Shown: piece by piece, positions 7,733 through 17,150 of the stretch
Layout of the letters: each line of letters starts with the position of its first letter
Numbering within the stretch: position 1 is the first letter of the stretch
NCBI RefSeq assembly: GCF_003324675.1
Contig: NZ_CP030918.1
Span: forward strand, 2,370,001 to 2,402,000
DNA: 32,000 bases
From: Paracoccus suum
Lineage (GTDB): Bacteria; Pseudomonadota; Alphaproteobacteria; Rhodobacterales; Rhodobacteraceae
Direction: 5' to 3'
The notes under the pieces: model-generated
Database searches by the model: none
Told to the model about the DNA's origin: nothing
The model's input: only the letters and a program-made list of their open reading frames with translations
Position numbers and translations under genes: made by a program

Positions 7733-8809
7733 TCAGCCGACCTTGCAGCCCCAGAAGGACGTGTGATCGGCAGCGAAGTAGCCGTCCGCGACCCGGAAAT
7801 ACCCCTGCAGCTCGACGGTATCGCCTGCGGTCAGCGGCACCATGGTCTGCAGCCAGATCGCGGTGGCGAGCGAGACATGGGTCGCGGAGATTTCACCGAG
7901 GGAGCCACGGATTTCAGTCGTGCCGTTCAGCACCAGCCGCCCCCGCATGCGCGCGGTCGTGCTGGCATTGACCTTGTAGAGCAGCGTCGCGCCGAAGAGG
8001 TAGGTGCCGTCCGCGGGCGCGACGAAATGGTTGTTTGCTGCGTCGAACGCCCCCTGGTCGTTGTAGTCGGTGTTGTTGAGGCCAATCTTCGTCCAGGTCC
8101 CGATGGCGACGTAGTTGTCGTAGTTCGTGTAGGCCTTGAAGCGCGGTAGCCGCGGCTGATCGACGATGCCGTTCGCGTTGTCGACGCTCAGCCCGTCGAA
8201 GAAGGTGCTGCCGTCGGCCGAGACCGCGAGGCGGAAGCGGTCGGAGCCGAATAGCCCCACGAGCGCCTTGGTCACAAAGTTGGTCTGGAGTGTCAGCCCG
8301 AGATCGTCGCCCGCAGCTTCCTTGTTCATGGTGTAGAACAGGTCGCCGGTGCCTCCCTCGGCTATGGTCCTTGCGGTCCAGAGCGCGGCGTTGAGCTTGG
8401 CCGAGAACGGGTTCGAGGCATCCGCCGTCGTGCCCAACCCGAGTAGCGCCATGTTCTGCAGCGCGGTCGGCGTCGTGCCGACCCAGCCCGTGCCGTCGTA
8501 GACCAATAGCAGGCCCTCGTCCTCGACCCACGCCCGCCAACCGGTCCGCGGCGGCAGACGCAGCCAGGCGCCATCAGTCCAGAGCGCGACGTTCAGGTCC
8601 CAGCCTGCCCAGTCGCCCGTTGCGGCGGAAGCGACGATGTATCGGTCGCCATCGACCGGAGAGCCGGGCGGCGCCGTCAGATCCCGGTCGAGCACCGAGA
8701 GCTGGACGAGCCCGTCGAGGATCCGCAGCGCCTCGTTGTGGGTGACATGCTTCTGGGCCTGCGCCGCCAGGATGTAGGGCAGCAGGAGATGGGTCGTGGT
8801 GTCGGACAT
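7733..8809 (-). CDS. tail fibre / receptor-binding protein: N-terminal DUF2793, C-terminal C1q/TNF-like jelly-roll
   Basis: N-terminus LLLPYILAAQAQKHVTHNEALRILD...GDRYIV...GDWAG is DUF2793-like. C-terminus FVAPADGTYLFGATLLY...LVLNG...GDTVELQ...HTSFWGCKV follows the gC1q pattern. Confidence 0.7.
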   Translation of the reverse strand: MSDTTTHLLLPYILAAQAQKHVTHNEALRILDGLVQLSVLDRDLTAPPGSPVDGDRYIVASAATGDWAGWDLNVALWTDGAWLRLPPRTGWRAWVEDEGLLLVYDGTGWVGTTPTALQNMALLGLGTTADASNPFSAKLNAALWTARTIAEGGTGDLFYTMNKEAAGDDLGLTLQTNFVTKALVGLFGSDRFRLAVSADGSTFFDGLSVDNANGIVDQPRLPRFKAYTNYDNYVAIGTWTKIGLNNTDYNDQGAFDAANNHFVAPADGTYLFGATLLYKVNASTTARMRGRLVLNGTTEIRGSLGEISATHVSLATAIWLQTMVPLTAGDTVELQGYFRVADGYFAADHTSFWGCKVG

Positions 8810-8819
8810 GGGATGGCCT

Positions 8820-11800
8820 TCAGAATGTCAGCGTGACGGTCTCGGGCGCGCCCCGCCCGACGAGGGCGGAGAGCTGGAAGATGCGGACGGTGAGGCTCTC
8901 GCCGGGGTCGAGCGGCGCGCCCCAGTCGGCGGTCTGCTGAGCGGCGGAATAGACCGCGCTGGTCGTGGCGGTGCTCAGCACCCGCTTCACTGTGGCGCCG
9001 TCGAGAATCTCGACCTCGTAGCCTTCGAGCTCCTCGGCCAGCGGCACCTCAAGCCCGCCCCAGCTGTCGGCCGCGAGTGCCCGGGATCGGCGGGTCCAGC
9101 GGATGGTGAGATCGCCGGGGCTGCGCGGTGCGCGCCATGGCTGTTCGACATGGGCGACCGAGAACGGCCGCAGTCCGGCGCCCGCGGGCGTAAATGCCTG
9201 CGCGACATAGGTCTCGTCGCTGACCGGACGGCTGGCCGGGCCGATGCGCCAGTTCCACGGGATGCCGAGATCGGCCTCCGCGATGGGCAGTGACGCCAGC
9301 GCAGTGTCCAGCACGACGACTCGCGCGCCCGCCGGCACGGGGTTGCCCATGGCGCCTTCCGTGCCGCGCTGGCCGCGTAAGAGCCGGGTCAGCCGATACC
9401 GGCCGGGCGCGAGCAACTCGGCCGCGCCTGCCTGCACGATCTCCCAAGCTCCGGGCGTGCTCTCGATGGCCAGCGCATTGGCCCCACCGAACAGCGTCAG
9501 ATCCGTGACGCTCTCCAGCGTGCCGGTCAGCAGATCGACCACCAGCGCATTGCCGAGGTCGAAGCGCGATGTGGGGCCCGCGAAGAAGTCGGAGAACAGA
9601 GTCCCGATCCGGGCGCGGCTGCCGAACGTGGTCAGCAACTCGAAGCCATCGGTCGCGGGGCTGCGGAACACCGCCATCTCACCCGGCCAGGGAACGGCGT
9701 GCGCGGCGACCAGTGGCCGGTGTGCGGGCTGGTCCTCGGTCAGCTGCGGCAGGTCCATCAGCAGCGCGTCCGGCGCGCCGAACACCACGGCCCGCGTCAG
9801 CGACGCCGCGCGGGGATCGCCGGGCGGGAGGTCGTAGGTCGCGCGGTCCTGTCGGACCGCCTCGATGCCGCGCGCCTCGGCGTCGGCGATGGAGACCAGC
9901 CGCAGATCGACCAGCCGCCCGTCATGCTCAAGCCGGATCGCGTCGGCCGGATCGAGCGCGAGGCGCGAGGACGGCAGACGGAACGCCGCCGTCTCGCGCC
10001 CCACCCACGCCTCCATCAGCACGCGGCGGCAGCGCCGCTCGGCTTCCTCGGGCGGCACCGCCATCGGGAAGCTCTCCGAGGCGATCCGGGTCGTGTCCAC
10101 CGTGATGCGCCGCGCCTCGACGAGGGCGGCGTCGTAATCCTCGTCGGCGCGGGCGATCTGCCACTTCAGCGCCTGCGGCAGTTCCGTCTCCTGTCCCCGC
10201 GTCAGCTCCAGCACCTCGCCTTCGCGGCCCGCGACCAGATCGTCGGGCGCGAGGGTGGCGACGGAGGCCCGGCCGCGCATGATGAAACGGATCACGCCCT
10301 CGGTCTCCACGGCGTCGAAGCCGAAATGCCGCGAAAGCGTGGTGATCGAGGCGCGCGGGCTTTCGAGCGCCGTGATGGCATAGCCCTCGACCGCGCCCCA
10401 GAGACCGGTGACGTCGATGCGGGCTTCGGGCAGCCCGGCGCGCAGGCAGAGGTGCCGAACGAGTGCGGCCAGCGACACAGCGCCAAGCCGCCCGGTGAGC
10501 CAGTGCCCCAGCCGCCAGTTCGCCCCGTCCGTCCAGACGTCGGTCAGCGCCGGGAAGAAGGGATAGGGTCGTGCGTCCCAGGTCCAGGCGGCGCATTCGG
10601 GCAGATGCACCATCCGGCCGCCGTAGACCGATGACAGCGGGTTGTTCGCCGGCGTGCCCCACCAGAGATACGTCGCCTCCAGATAGGCGCGCTGGATGGC
10701 GTCATCGCGCCAGCCCCGCGAGAAATGCGGCGTGAAGCTCTCGGACGACTTCGGATCGAAGAAGACGTTCGGCTGGTTCGTGCCCCGGTCGATGGCGGGA
10801 CAGCCCAACTCGGTGAACCAGATCGGCTTGGACTCGGGCGTCCATGCCGTCGGCGTGCCGCTCTCCACCCCGCCCGGTCGGTCGTAATGCGCGTTTGACC
10901 ACCAGGCGCGCAGATCCTTGTAGCGGAAGACCCACGGCTTGGCCGCCGCACCGTCGGTGATCGGGGTCCGGACCTGCGCGGTTCGATCGGCGGCGCTGGC
11001 GTAGAACCAGTCGAAACCCTCGCCGCCCGCGATGTTCCCCTGCAGGTAGGGCCGGTCGTAGATCGCGGGCCAGCCCTCGGCCGCGTCGGCATGTTCGAAG
11101 CCGTCGCGCCAGTCGGAGAGCGGCATGTAGTTGTCGATCCCGACGAAATCGATCTCGGGATCGGCCCAGAGCGGGTCGAGGTGGAAGAACACATCGCCCG
11201 AGCCGTCGCCCGGCTGGTGCCCGAAATACTCCGACCAGTCCGCCGCATAGCCAATCTTCGTCCCGGCACCGAGGATAGAGCGGACATCCGCGAGCAGGTC
11301 CCGATAGGCCTGGACCGCCGGATAGGTGCTGGCGCTCGAGCGGATCGTCGTCAGCCCCGGCATCTCGGTCCCGATGAGGAACGCATCGACCCCGCCCGCC
11401 GCCGCGCAGAGGTGGGCATAGTGCAGTACCATGCGGCGCAGGCCCCAGTCGCCGGGCGTGCCGGTCCACGAAACCGTCTGACTCGAGACGCTGAAGCTCG
11501 CGGGCGTGGCTGCGCCGAACAGCGCCGCGACCTGGCTTGCCGCCGTGGCGGTCTTGTCGACCGAGCCCGCGTAGCCAGCGGCAGGCGAACAGGTGATCCG
11601 CCCCCGCCAGGGGAACGCGGGCTGGCCGGTCTCGGCGGCGTTGTCGGAATACGGGTTCGGCAGCGTGTTGCCGGGCGGCACGTCCATCAGGATGAAAGGA
11701 TAGAAGGTGACCCGCAGCCCGCGCGCCTTCATCTCCTGGATCGCCTGCACCACCGCGAAGTCGGACGGCGTGCCGCCATAGACGGGGCGATCCTGATCGT

Positions 11801-12785
11801 CACGGCTGACGAGGAAGGCATTGGCGCGGCTGACACCGTTCACCGACCAGCTGGCGGGCGTGGTCGACTTGGCCGACACCTCGACGCCCGGCCGCACCTT
11901 GCAGGATCCCGCCCGCAGATCGTCGCCGAACCACGCCACCACGAGGCTGACGCTCTCGACCGCGGGGGCCATCGCCTGCAGCCGGTCCAGCGCCTCCACC
12001 ATGTCCGTGGAGTCCGCCAGCGCGTTCAGGTTCTCGGGCACCGTTGCGCCGTCATCGGTCTTGCGGATGGCCTGCGTGGCATAGGTGAACTCGCCCGAGG
12101 CCGGGATCATGGTGACGGCGCGGGTCAGCCCCTCGGCGGTGTCGGGATCGGCGAGTGGGCGGAACACCTCGAAGGAGAGTTGCGGCAGGCGGTTGCCATA
12201 GGTCGAGAGCGCCAGCTCCTCGAAGACCACATAGGCGGTGCCGCGATAGGCGGGCGTGCTGGCCGCGCCCATCTTCGCCGCGATGAACGGATCGGCAGAC
12301 TGTGCTTCGTCGCCAGGATACCAGCGCCAGGTGACGCCGGAGAGGTCCATCGGCTTGCCGTCGGCCCAGATGCGGCCGATCCCGGTGATCGGGCCCTCGC
12401 AGAGCGCCACGGCGAAGGAGGCGTAGTAGAGATACTCGGTCGTCTTGACCTTGCCGCCTCCGCCGCCCTTGCCGCCACCTTGGGTGGTGGTCTTCGTCTC
12501 CTCGCGGAAATCGGTCGCCCAGATGATGTTGCCGCCCATCCGCATGCGGCCATAGAGCCGCGGGATGACCGCGCCTTCGGTTGCGGAAGTGATGCGCAGC
12601 GTGTCGAGCCGCGCGCCCTCGATGCGCTGCGTGGGCGCCAGCGACGAGATGATCCAGCTGTCGACGACCGAGCCGATGCTGGAGCCGATGAAGCCGCCGA
12701 TGGTGGCGGCGCTGACGCCGAGGATCGCGCCGCCGATCGAACCGCCAATGGCGGCGCCAGCGGCACCGAGAACAAGCGTTGCCAT
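8820..12785 (-). CDS. host-specificity / baseplate multidomain protein (RcGTA g15 megatron-like, gpJ analogue)
   Basis: 1321 aa, placed after the NlpC/P60 gene as in RcGTA-type tails. Gly-zipper hydrophobic N-terminus (GAAGAAIGGSIGGAILG...), central glycoside-hydrolase-like region, C-terminal beta-rich region. Confidence 0.88.
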   Translation of the reverse strand: MATLVLGAAGAAIGGSIGGAILGVSAATIGGFIGSSIGSVVDSWIISSLAPTQRIEGARLDTLRITSATEGAVIPRLYGRMRMGGNIIWATDFREETKTTTQGGGKGGGGGKVKTTEYLYYASFAVALCEGPITGIGRIWADGKPMDLSGVTWRWYPGDEAQSADPFIAAKMGAASTPAYRGTAYVVFEELALSTYGNRLPQLSFEVFRPLADPDTAEGLTRAVTMIPASGEFTYATQAIRKTDDGATVPENLNALADSTDMVEALDRLQAMAPAVESVSLVVAWFGDDLRAGSCKVRPGVEVSAKSTTPASWSVNGVSRANAFLVSRDDQDRPVYGGTPSDFAVVQAIQEMKARGLRVTFYPFILMDVPPGNTLPNPYSDNAAETGQPAFPWRGRITCSPAAGYAGSVDKTATAASQVAALFGAATPASFSVSSQTVSWTGTPGDWGLRRMVLHYAHLCAAAGGVDAFLIGTEMPGLTTIRSSASTYPAVQAYRDLLADVRSILGAGTKIGYAADWSEYFGHQPGDGSGDVFFHLDPLWADPEIDFVGIDNYMPLSDWRDGFEHADAAEGWPAIYDRPYLQGNIAGGEGFDWFYASAADRTAQVRTPITDGAAAKPWVFRYKDLRAWWSNAHYDRPGGVESGTPTAWTPESKPIWFTELGCPAIDRGTNQPNVFFDPKSSESFTPHFSRGWRDDAIQRAYLEATYLWWGTPANNPLSSVYGGRMVHLPECAAWTWDARPYPFFPALTDVWTDGANWRLGHWLTGRLGAVSLAALVRHLCLRAGLPEARIDVTGLWGAVEGYAITALESPRASITTLSRHFGFDAVETEGVIRFIMRGRASVATLAPDDLVAGREGEVLELTRGQETELPQALKWQIARADEDYDAALVEARRITVDTTRIASESFPMAVPPEEAERRCRRVLMEAWVGRETAAFRLPSSRLALDPADAIRLEHDGRLVDLRLVSIADAEARGIEAVRQDRATYDLPPGDPRAASLTRAVVFGAPDALLMDLPQLTEDQPAHRPLVAAHAVPWPGEMAVFRSPATDGFELLTTFGSRARIGTLFSDFFAGPTSRFDLGNALVVDLLTGTLESVTDLTLFGGANALAIESTPGAWEIVQAGAAELLAPGRYRLTRLLRGQRGTEGAMGNPVPAGARVVVLDTALASLPIAEADLGIPWNWRIGPASRPVSDETYVAQAFTPAGAGLRPFSVAHVEQPWRAPRSPGDLTIRWTRRSRALAADSWGGLEVPLAEELEGYEVEILDGATVKRVLSTATTSAVYSAAQQTADWGAPLDPGESLTVRIFQLSALVGRGAPETVTLTF

Positions 12786-12794
12786 GTCGGGGTC

Positions 12795-13229
12795 TCAGCG
12801 TTGCGGAAACAGAAAGGCGAAGGCGATGCGCCGCCGCCAGGATGGGGTGAGCGGTTCCTCGATCACGCCGAGCCGCTCATAGGCGTGGAGGAAGCTGTCG
12901 GGACAGGTCAGGATCCCGACATGCTTCGCGATCGCGCGGGGCTTCATGCGGAAGAGGACCAGCGCACCGGGACCGGCCTCGGCGGGCGACACCTCGATCA
13001 TCATGCGTCGCGCGCCCTCGGCCAGCACCTCGCGGGGTCCAGTCTCGCCCCAGTCGCGGCTGTAGGGCGGGATCGGGAACGGCTCGGGGCCGACGACCTC
13101 GCGCCAGACGCCGCAGGCGAGCCCGAGGCAATCGCAGCCGACACCGCGCAGGCTGGCCTGGTCGTGGTACGGCGTGCCGAGCCAGGCCCGCGCAATGGCG
13201 ATGACGCGGGTGGGATCGGCGGAGGTCAC
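12795..13229 (-). CDS. NlpC/P60 family tail-associated cell-wall peptidase (RcGTA g14-like)
   Basis: GTG start overlaps the upstream stop (GTGA). ARAWLGTPYHDQASLRGVGCDCLGL catalytic Cys and AKHVGIL His motif. Confidence 0.85.
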   Translation of the reverse strand: MTSADPTRVIAIARAWLGTPYHDQASLRGVGCDCLGLACGVWREVVGPEPFPIPPYSRDWGETGPREVLAEGARRMMIEVSPAEAGPGALVLFRMKPRAIAKHVGILTCPDSFLHAYERLGVIEEPLTPSWRRRIAFAFLFPQR

Positions 13230-14110
13230 AGCACGGACCCTTCGTGCCCGCCATCCTTGGTGGCGTAGCGCAGGACCGCGTCCTGGCCGGGGATGTGCGG
13301 GAAGCCACGGAAATTGGCGGTGTTGGCGAACTTGGCGCCGCACGTCTCCATCCGCTTGTCGCAGCCCGCGCGGATGGTGAAGGCGTCGCCCTCGGCGATC
13401 GCACGCACCGGCGCCTCGAGCAGGGTCAGCACGGCGATGCCGTCCGTCACGTCATGGCCCAAAACCTCGGTGCGCCGCCCCGCGTTTCCGCCGCTGGTCC
13501 ATTCGATGGTGCCGAAGGTAAACCAGCCAGACGTGAATGCGCCTAGCCCCGAGGCGGTGAAGGCCCGGTCGCGCAGGAGATCGATCACCGCGCCTGTGCC
13601 CTTGAAGGCCGGATCCTCCAGATCGACGCCGCAGCGCGCGTCGCCGAGCGCGGCGTCGCAGGTCGCCTGGAAGGTCCGCCCGACCGTCTGGCCGAGCACA
13701 TGGGCGAGCGAGCGGACCTCGGCGACGAACGCCAGCCGCCCGCGCCGGATCTGGCCGATGGCGCCGCGCCGCATCAGCACGCGCTGGCCTGTGTCCGCCC
13801 AGTTCGCCCGCCAGACTTCGACCTCGGCGTTGTCCCAGCGGCCGTCCAGGATGTCGGTCTCGGTGATCCGGTCGGAGGTCAGCACGCCCTCGGCGTCCTG
13901 CGCATCGACCGACAGGTCCGAGCCGGAACGGACCTCGGAGGCCGTCAGCCCGCTCTCGGGCTCGAAGTCGGTGCCATCGAAGGTCAGCGTCCGGTCGTGA
14001 TCGGTGAAGCCGAAGCTCACGCCATCGGCGCGGGCGATCCGCCAGCACCAGGCGAGCGTCGTCGTGCCCTCGTCGAGATGGGCCTGCAGGGCGGGATCAA
14101 GGGTCTTCAT
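13226..14110 (-). CDS. tail hub protein, DUF2163 plus BR0599 C-terminal domain (RcGTA g13 / lambda gpL analogue)
   Basis: Start MKTLDPALQAHL overlaps the upstream stop (ATGA). Four Cys in two pairs (CDAALGDARC, CDKRMETC) as in gpL-type Fe-S proteins. The 600-aa ORF is a spurious extension. Confidence 0.85.
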   Translation of the reverse strand: MKTLDPALQAHLDEGTTTLAWCWRIARADGVSFGFTDHDRTLTFDGTDFEPESGLTASEVRSGSDLSVDAQDAEGVLTSDRITETDILDGRWDNAEVEVWRANWADTGQRVLMRRGAIGQIRRGRLAFVAEVRSLAHVLGQTVGRTFQATCDAALGDARCGVDLEDPAFKGTGAVIDLLRDRAFTASGLGAFTSGWFTFGTIEWTSGGNAGRRTEVLGHDVTDGIAVLTLLEAPVRAIAEGDAFTIRAGCDKRMETCGAKFANTANFRGFPHIPGQDAVLRYATKDGGHEGSVL

Positions 14111-14733
14111 CGGCGCAGTTCCAGAAGCGGAATGGTGGTGATCGAGCCGAGCCGCTCGAGGTCGAGCGTCACGTCGAGCACGTCGGTGTCGAAGCGGACG
14201 GGCACGTCGAACTCGAAGCCCGCGGTGATCGCGACGCCAGCGCCCGGCGCGCCGCTGAAGGTGACGACGCCAGTGGCGGTGTCGACGGACCAGCCGGAGG
14301 GCTGCTCGACCCCGGCGAGCGCTATGCGCACGGTTCCGGTCACCGGCTTGGCGATGGCCCGCGTCCAGGATTGCGCACCGGAGGCGTAGCGCTTCACCAG
14401 CTGGAAAGCGGTGGTCGTGCCATCCCCGGTGCCGATGGCCTGATCGGTCGGCGATGGCGTGCCCGAGGGCAGGCAGGACTTGTGGTCGCCCCAGTCCTTG
14501 AAGCGGAAACCATGGAGGCGACCGTTGCGCGCCTCGAAGAAGGACACCACCGCCGCCAGATCGTCGGCGCGGCGGATGCCGTAGGCGACATCGTAGCGGC
14601 GGCGGCTGTTCGCCCAGCTGGCGTTGCGTTCCTCGTCGCCCGAGGCGAGCTCGACGATCTGGGTGCGCCGCTCCGGGCCGCCCCGCGCGCCCCGGCTGAC
14701 GTTGTCGGGAAACCGGACCTCGTGAAACGCCAT
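14107..14733 (-). CDS. distal tail protein, DUF2460 (RcGTA g12-like)
   Basis: MAFHEVRFPDNVSRGARGGPERRTQIV N-terminus typical of TIGR02217-type proteins. ATG 14733 overlaps the tape-measure stop (TGATG). Confidence 0.85.
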   Translation of the reverse strand: MAFHEVRFPDNVSRGARGGPERRTQIVELASGDEERNASWANSRRRYDVAYGIRRADDLAAVVSFFEARNGRLHGFRFKDWGDHKSCLPSGTPSPTDQAIGTGDGTTTAFQLVKRYASGAQSWTRAIAKPVTGTVRIALAGVEQPSGWSVDTATGVVTFSGAPGAGVAITAGFEFDVPVRFDTDVLDVTLDLERLGSITTIPLLELRR

Positions 14734-17150
14734 CACATGCCTCTCCGCCCGAGCGACACCGCGCGGGCGATGTCGGCCGCGACCTGCGTGCGCGATTGCC
14801 GGAAGCTTTCGGCGTCGCGGGCCATGATGGTGACGTTGACCCCGCCGCCTGCGCCGTAGCTCTGCACCTCACGCCGCGACAGCACCCGCTCGCCCCGCTG
14901 CAGGATCGCGGGCACCTCGTCGTGGCGAAGTCCGGCCATGCCGCCGCCATGCATGCGCGGCGCGGCAGCGAAGGCCATGGCCGGGACCATGCGCGAGGGT
15001 CCGGCCGATCCGACCATCCCGCCCGCATGCAGGACGTTCGCGAAGATGCCGCCCGCGCCGGAGAACACGCCGGAGAGCGCGTTTGCGATCGGCCCGAGGA
15101 TGAACCGCCGCGCCGCCAGTTGGGCGAGATCGGCGAGCAGCGAGGTGACCAGATCGCGGAAGTTCAGCTTGCCGGTCTTCACGAACTCACCGACCGCGTT
15201 CTCCGCCGACTGGAAGGCGCCGACGAGGCTCTGGCCGATATCGCCGCCGATCTCGCGCGCCTTGCTGGCGTAATCGGACAGCGCCGCTGTGACGGCCTGC
15301 CAACCCGTGACGGCAGCCTCGGTCGCGGGCTCCGCTGCCGCAGCGGCAGCTCCGGCCGCCGCACCTGCATCCGTCGCGGCGCGCCCGGCATCGCCGAGCG
15401 CCGTCTCCAGCCGCTCGGCAGCACCCGTGGCCTCGGTCAGCGCATCCGCGCGCGCCTCGTCGGTGCCGCGCACGGCATCGCGCAGCGCCTGCCAGCTTTC
15501 CAGCGGCGCGCGGGCACCTTCGGCCAGATCGCGCGCGGCCCCGTGATAGACGTTCGCGGATTCGAGCGCGCGGTTCGCCGCCTCGGTCAGACCGAGATCG
15601 GGCGCGCTGAGCGGGTTGTCCTCGAAGGCCCGGTCGAAGGCCGCCTGCGCCGCTGTCGTGGCGGCACTGGCCGCGCCCTCGAAACGGTTCTCGATCTCGC
15701 CGAGGTCGAGGTCGGGCACCAGCGAGATGCGGCGTTCAGACCCGAGCGCTTCAAGCCCCTCGTTGATGCCGCCAATGAAGCCGTTGATGCGCGAGACCAC
15801 GCCGTTCAGCATTGCCTCGACGCCATCGACCAGGCTGTTGGCCGCCTGGAACGCCAGATCGCCGATGGCGGCCGGCAGCAGGCCCCAGATCGCCTTGATC
15901 GCCTCGTAGGCGCCCTCGAAGGTGTTCGCCGCCGTGTTCCCGAAAGCTACGACGCTCTCGATGGCGCTCTGCATCCCGGAGGCTGCATCGGCCTTGAGAT
16001 CGAAGAACATGGCCGTGGCGGCTGCACCCGCCGCAGCAGCGCCCATCTTTATCCGTTCCCAGACCTCGACCGCGACGTCCTTCAGGAGCGACATCGCTTC
16101 TCCGAAACCGCCCGCGCCGGAGACGAGACGGGTGAACTGGTAGACGAGCTCGCCCGCGCCGACGATCAGCGCGCCGATACCGGTGCGGATCAGCGCCCCA
16201 CGCAGCACGACCAGCGCCGTGGCAAGCCCGCGCACAGACAGGGCCGCAGCGGCCATGCCAGCGACCCAACGGCCCGCGAGGAAGGCCGCGAAGGTGGCGG
16301 CATAGGTGGTCAGGCGGCCGATGTTGTCGAAGAGACCGCGGATCGCGATGCCAAGCGGGCCGGTGCGGCTGGCGACCGCCGCCATCGCGTTGGCGACGGC
16401 TTCCAACGCCGGAGCCGCGGCAACGGCCAGCTGGTTCGACAGACCGCGCCAGATCAGCCCAAGCCGGGAGATCGCATCGTTCGTCCGCTCGATCTGATCG
16501 GCATCCTGCTCCGAGACGACAACGCCGAAAGCAAGCACGTCCTCCGTCGCCTGGCGCAGCGTCGCGGTGTCGATCCGGCTCATGGCGATCGAGCCTTCCT
16601 CGCCGAAGAGCTGGCCTGCCACGGCCGCGCGTTCGGCGGCGGGCACGAAGTTCTCGATGGCGGCGTTGATCGCGCCGACCCGCTGGTCCAGCGGCAGGGC
16701 GATCAGTTCGTTTGCCGAGAGCCTCAGTCGGTCCAGCGCGTCGGCGGCAGGGCCGGTCCCGGCGGCCGCCTGGCTGAGACGACGCGTCAGATCCTTGGTC
16801 GCCTGCTCGATGCCGGACATCGAGACGCCCGCCAGTTCGCCCGCCCGCTCCAGCGTCTGGATCGAGGCTACGGTGGTGCCGAGCGACTGCGCGAGTTTGG
16901 CCTGCGCATCGACGGTCTGCAGACCGGACCGGATCATGGCCACGCCAGCGGCGGTCGCGGCGGCAACTGCGGCAGCGGCAGCCACTGCTACACGGCGAGA
17001 AAACGCCGCCAGCCGGGTGTTCGCCGCCTCCATCTCGCGGCTGAGCCGGCCGAAGCCTCGCGACCCGGCCTCACCGACACCTTCCAGCTCGGCGCGCACC
17101 TGTCGGCCGCCAACCGCAGCAAGGCGGACAGAAACGCGCTTTTCAGCCAC
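14733..17150 (-). CDS. tail tape measure protein
   Basis: 805 aa, Ala-rich helical, long hydrophobic mid-section. GTG start. Lies directly after the chaperone/frameshift pair. Confidence 0.9.
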   Translation of the reverse strand: MAEKRVSVRLAAVGGRQVRAELEGVGEAGSRGFGRLSREMEAANTRLAAFSRRVAVAAAAAVAAATAAGVAMIRSGLQTVDAQAKLAQSLGTTVASIQTLERAGELAGVSMSGIEQATKDLTRRLSQAAAGTGPAADALDRLRLSANELIALPLDQRVGAINAAIENFVPAAERAAVAGQLFGEEGSIAMSRIDTATLRQATEDVLAFGVVVSEQDADQIERTNDAISRLGLIWRGLSNQLAVAAAPALEAVANAMAAVASRTGPLGIAIRGLFDNIGRLTTYAATFAAFLAGRWVAGMAAAALSVRGLATALVVLRGALIRTGIGALIVGAGELVYQFTRLVSGAGGFGEAMSLLKDVAVEVWERIKMGAAAAGAAATAMFFDLKADAASGMQSAIESVVAFGNTAANTFEGAYEAIKAIWGLLPAAIGDLAFQAANSLVDGVEAMLNGVVSRINGFIGGINEGLEALGSERRISLVPDLDLGEIENRFEGAASAATTAAQAAFDRAFEDNPLSAPDLGLTEAANRALESANVYHGAARDLAEGARAPLESWQALRDAVRGTDEARADALTEATGAAERLETALGDAGRAATDAGAAAGAAAAAAEPATEAAVTGWQAVTAALSDYASKAREIGGDIGQSLVGAFQSAENAVGEFVKTGKLNFRDLVTSLLADLAQLAARRFILGPIANALSGVFSGAGGIFANVLHAGGMVGSAGPSRMVPAMAFAAAPRMHGGGMAGLRHDEVPAILQRGERVLSRREVQSYGAGGGVNVTIMARDAESFRQSRTQVAADIARAVSLGRRGM

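Noticed and set aside
11091-13268. Very long plus-strand ORFs antisense to the tail genes. This one is 725 aa. Others include 14796..17174, 24726..26399, 27124..28536, 22209..23432 and 9699..10634.
   Set aside because: Arg/Gly/Pro/Ala-rich shadow frames are expected in ~68% GC DNA. Each fully overlaps a minus-strand gene with clear phage family motifs and proper RBS or overlap coupling.
13226-15028. Over-long ORF calls in the track (600 aa here). Others are 21353..22720, 30530..31900, 362..1225, 5453..6484, 22296..23486, 23705..24796, 17370..18026 and 12795..13343.
   Set aside because: The N-terminal extensions run through the upstream gene in another frame and are low-complexity. Internal starts that abut the upstream stop (ATGA/TGATG) give products of canonical family size.
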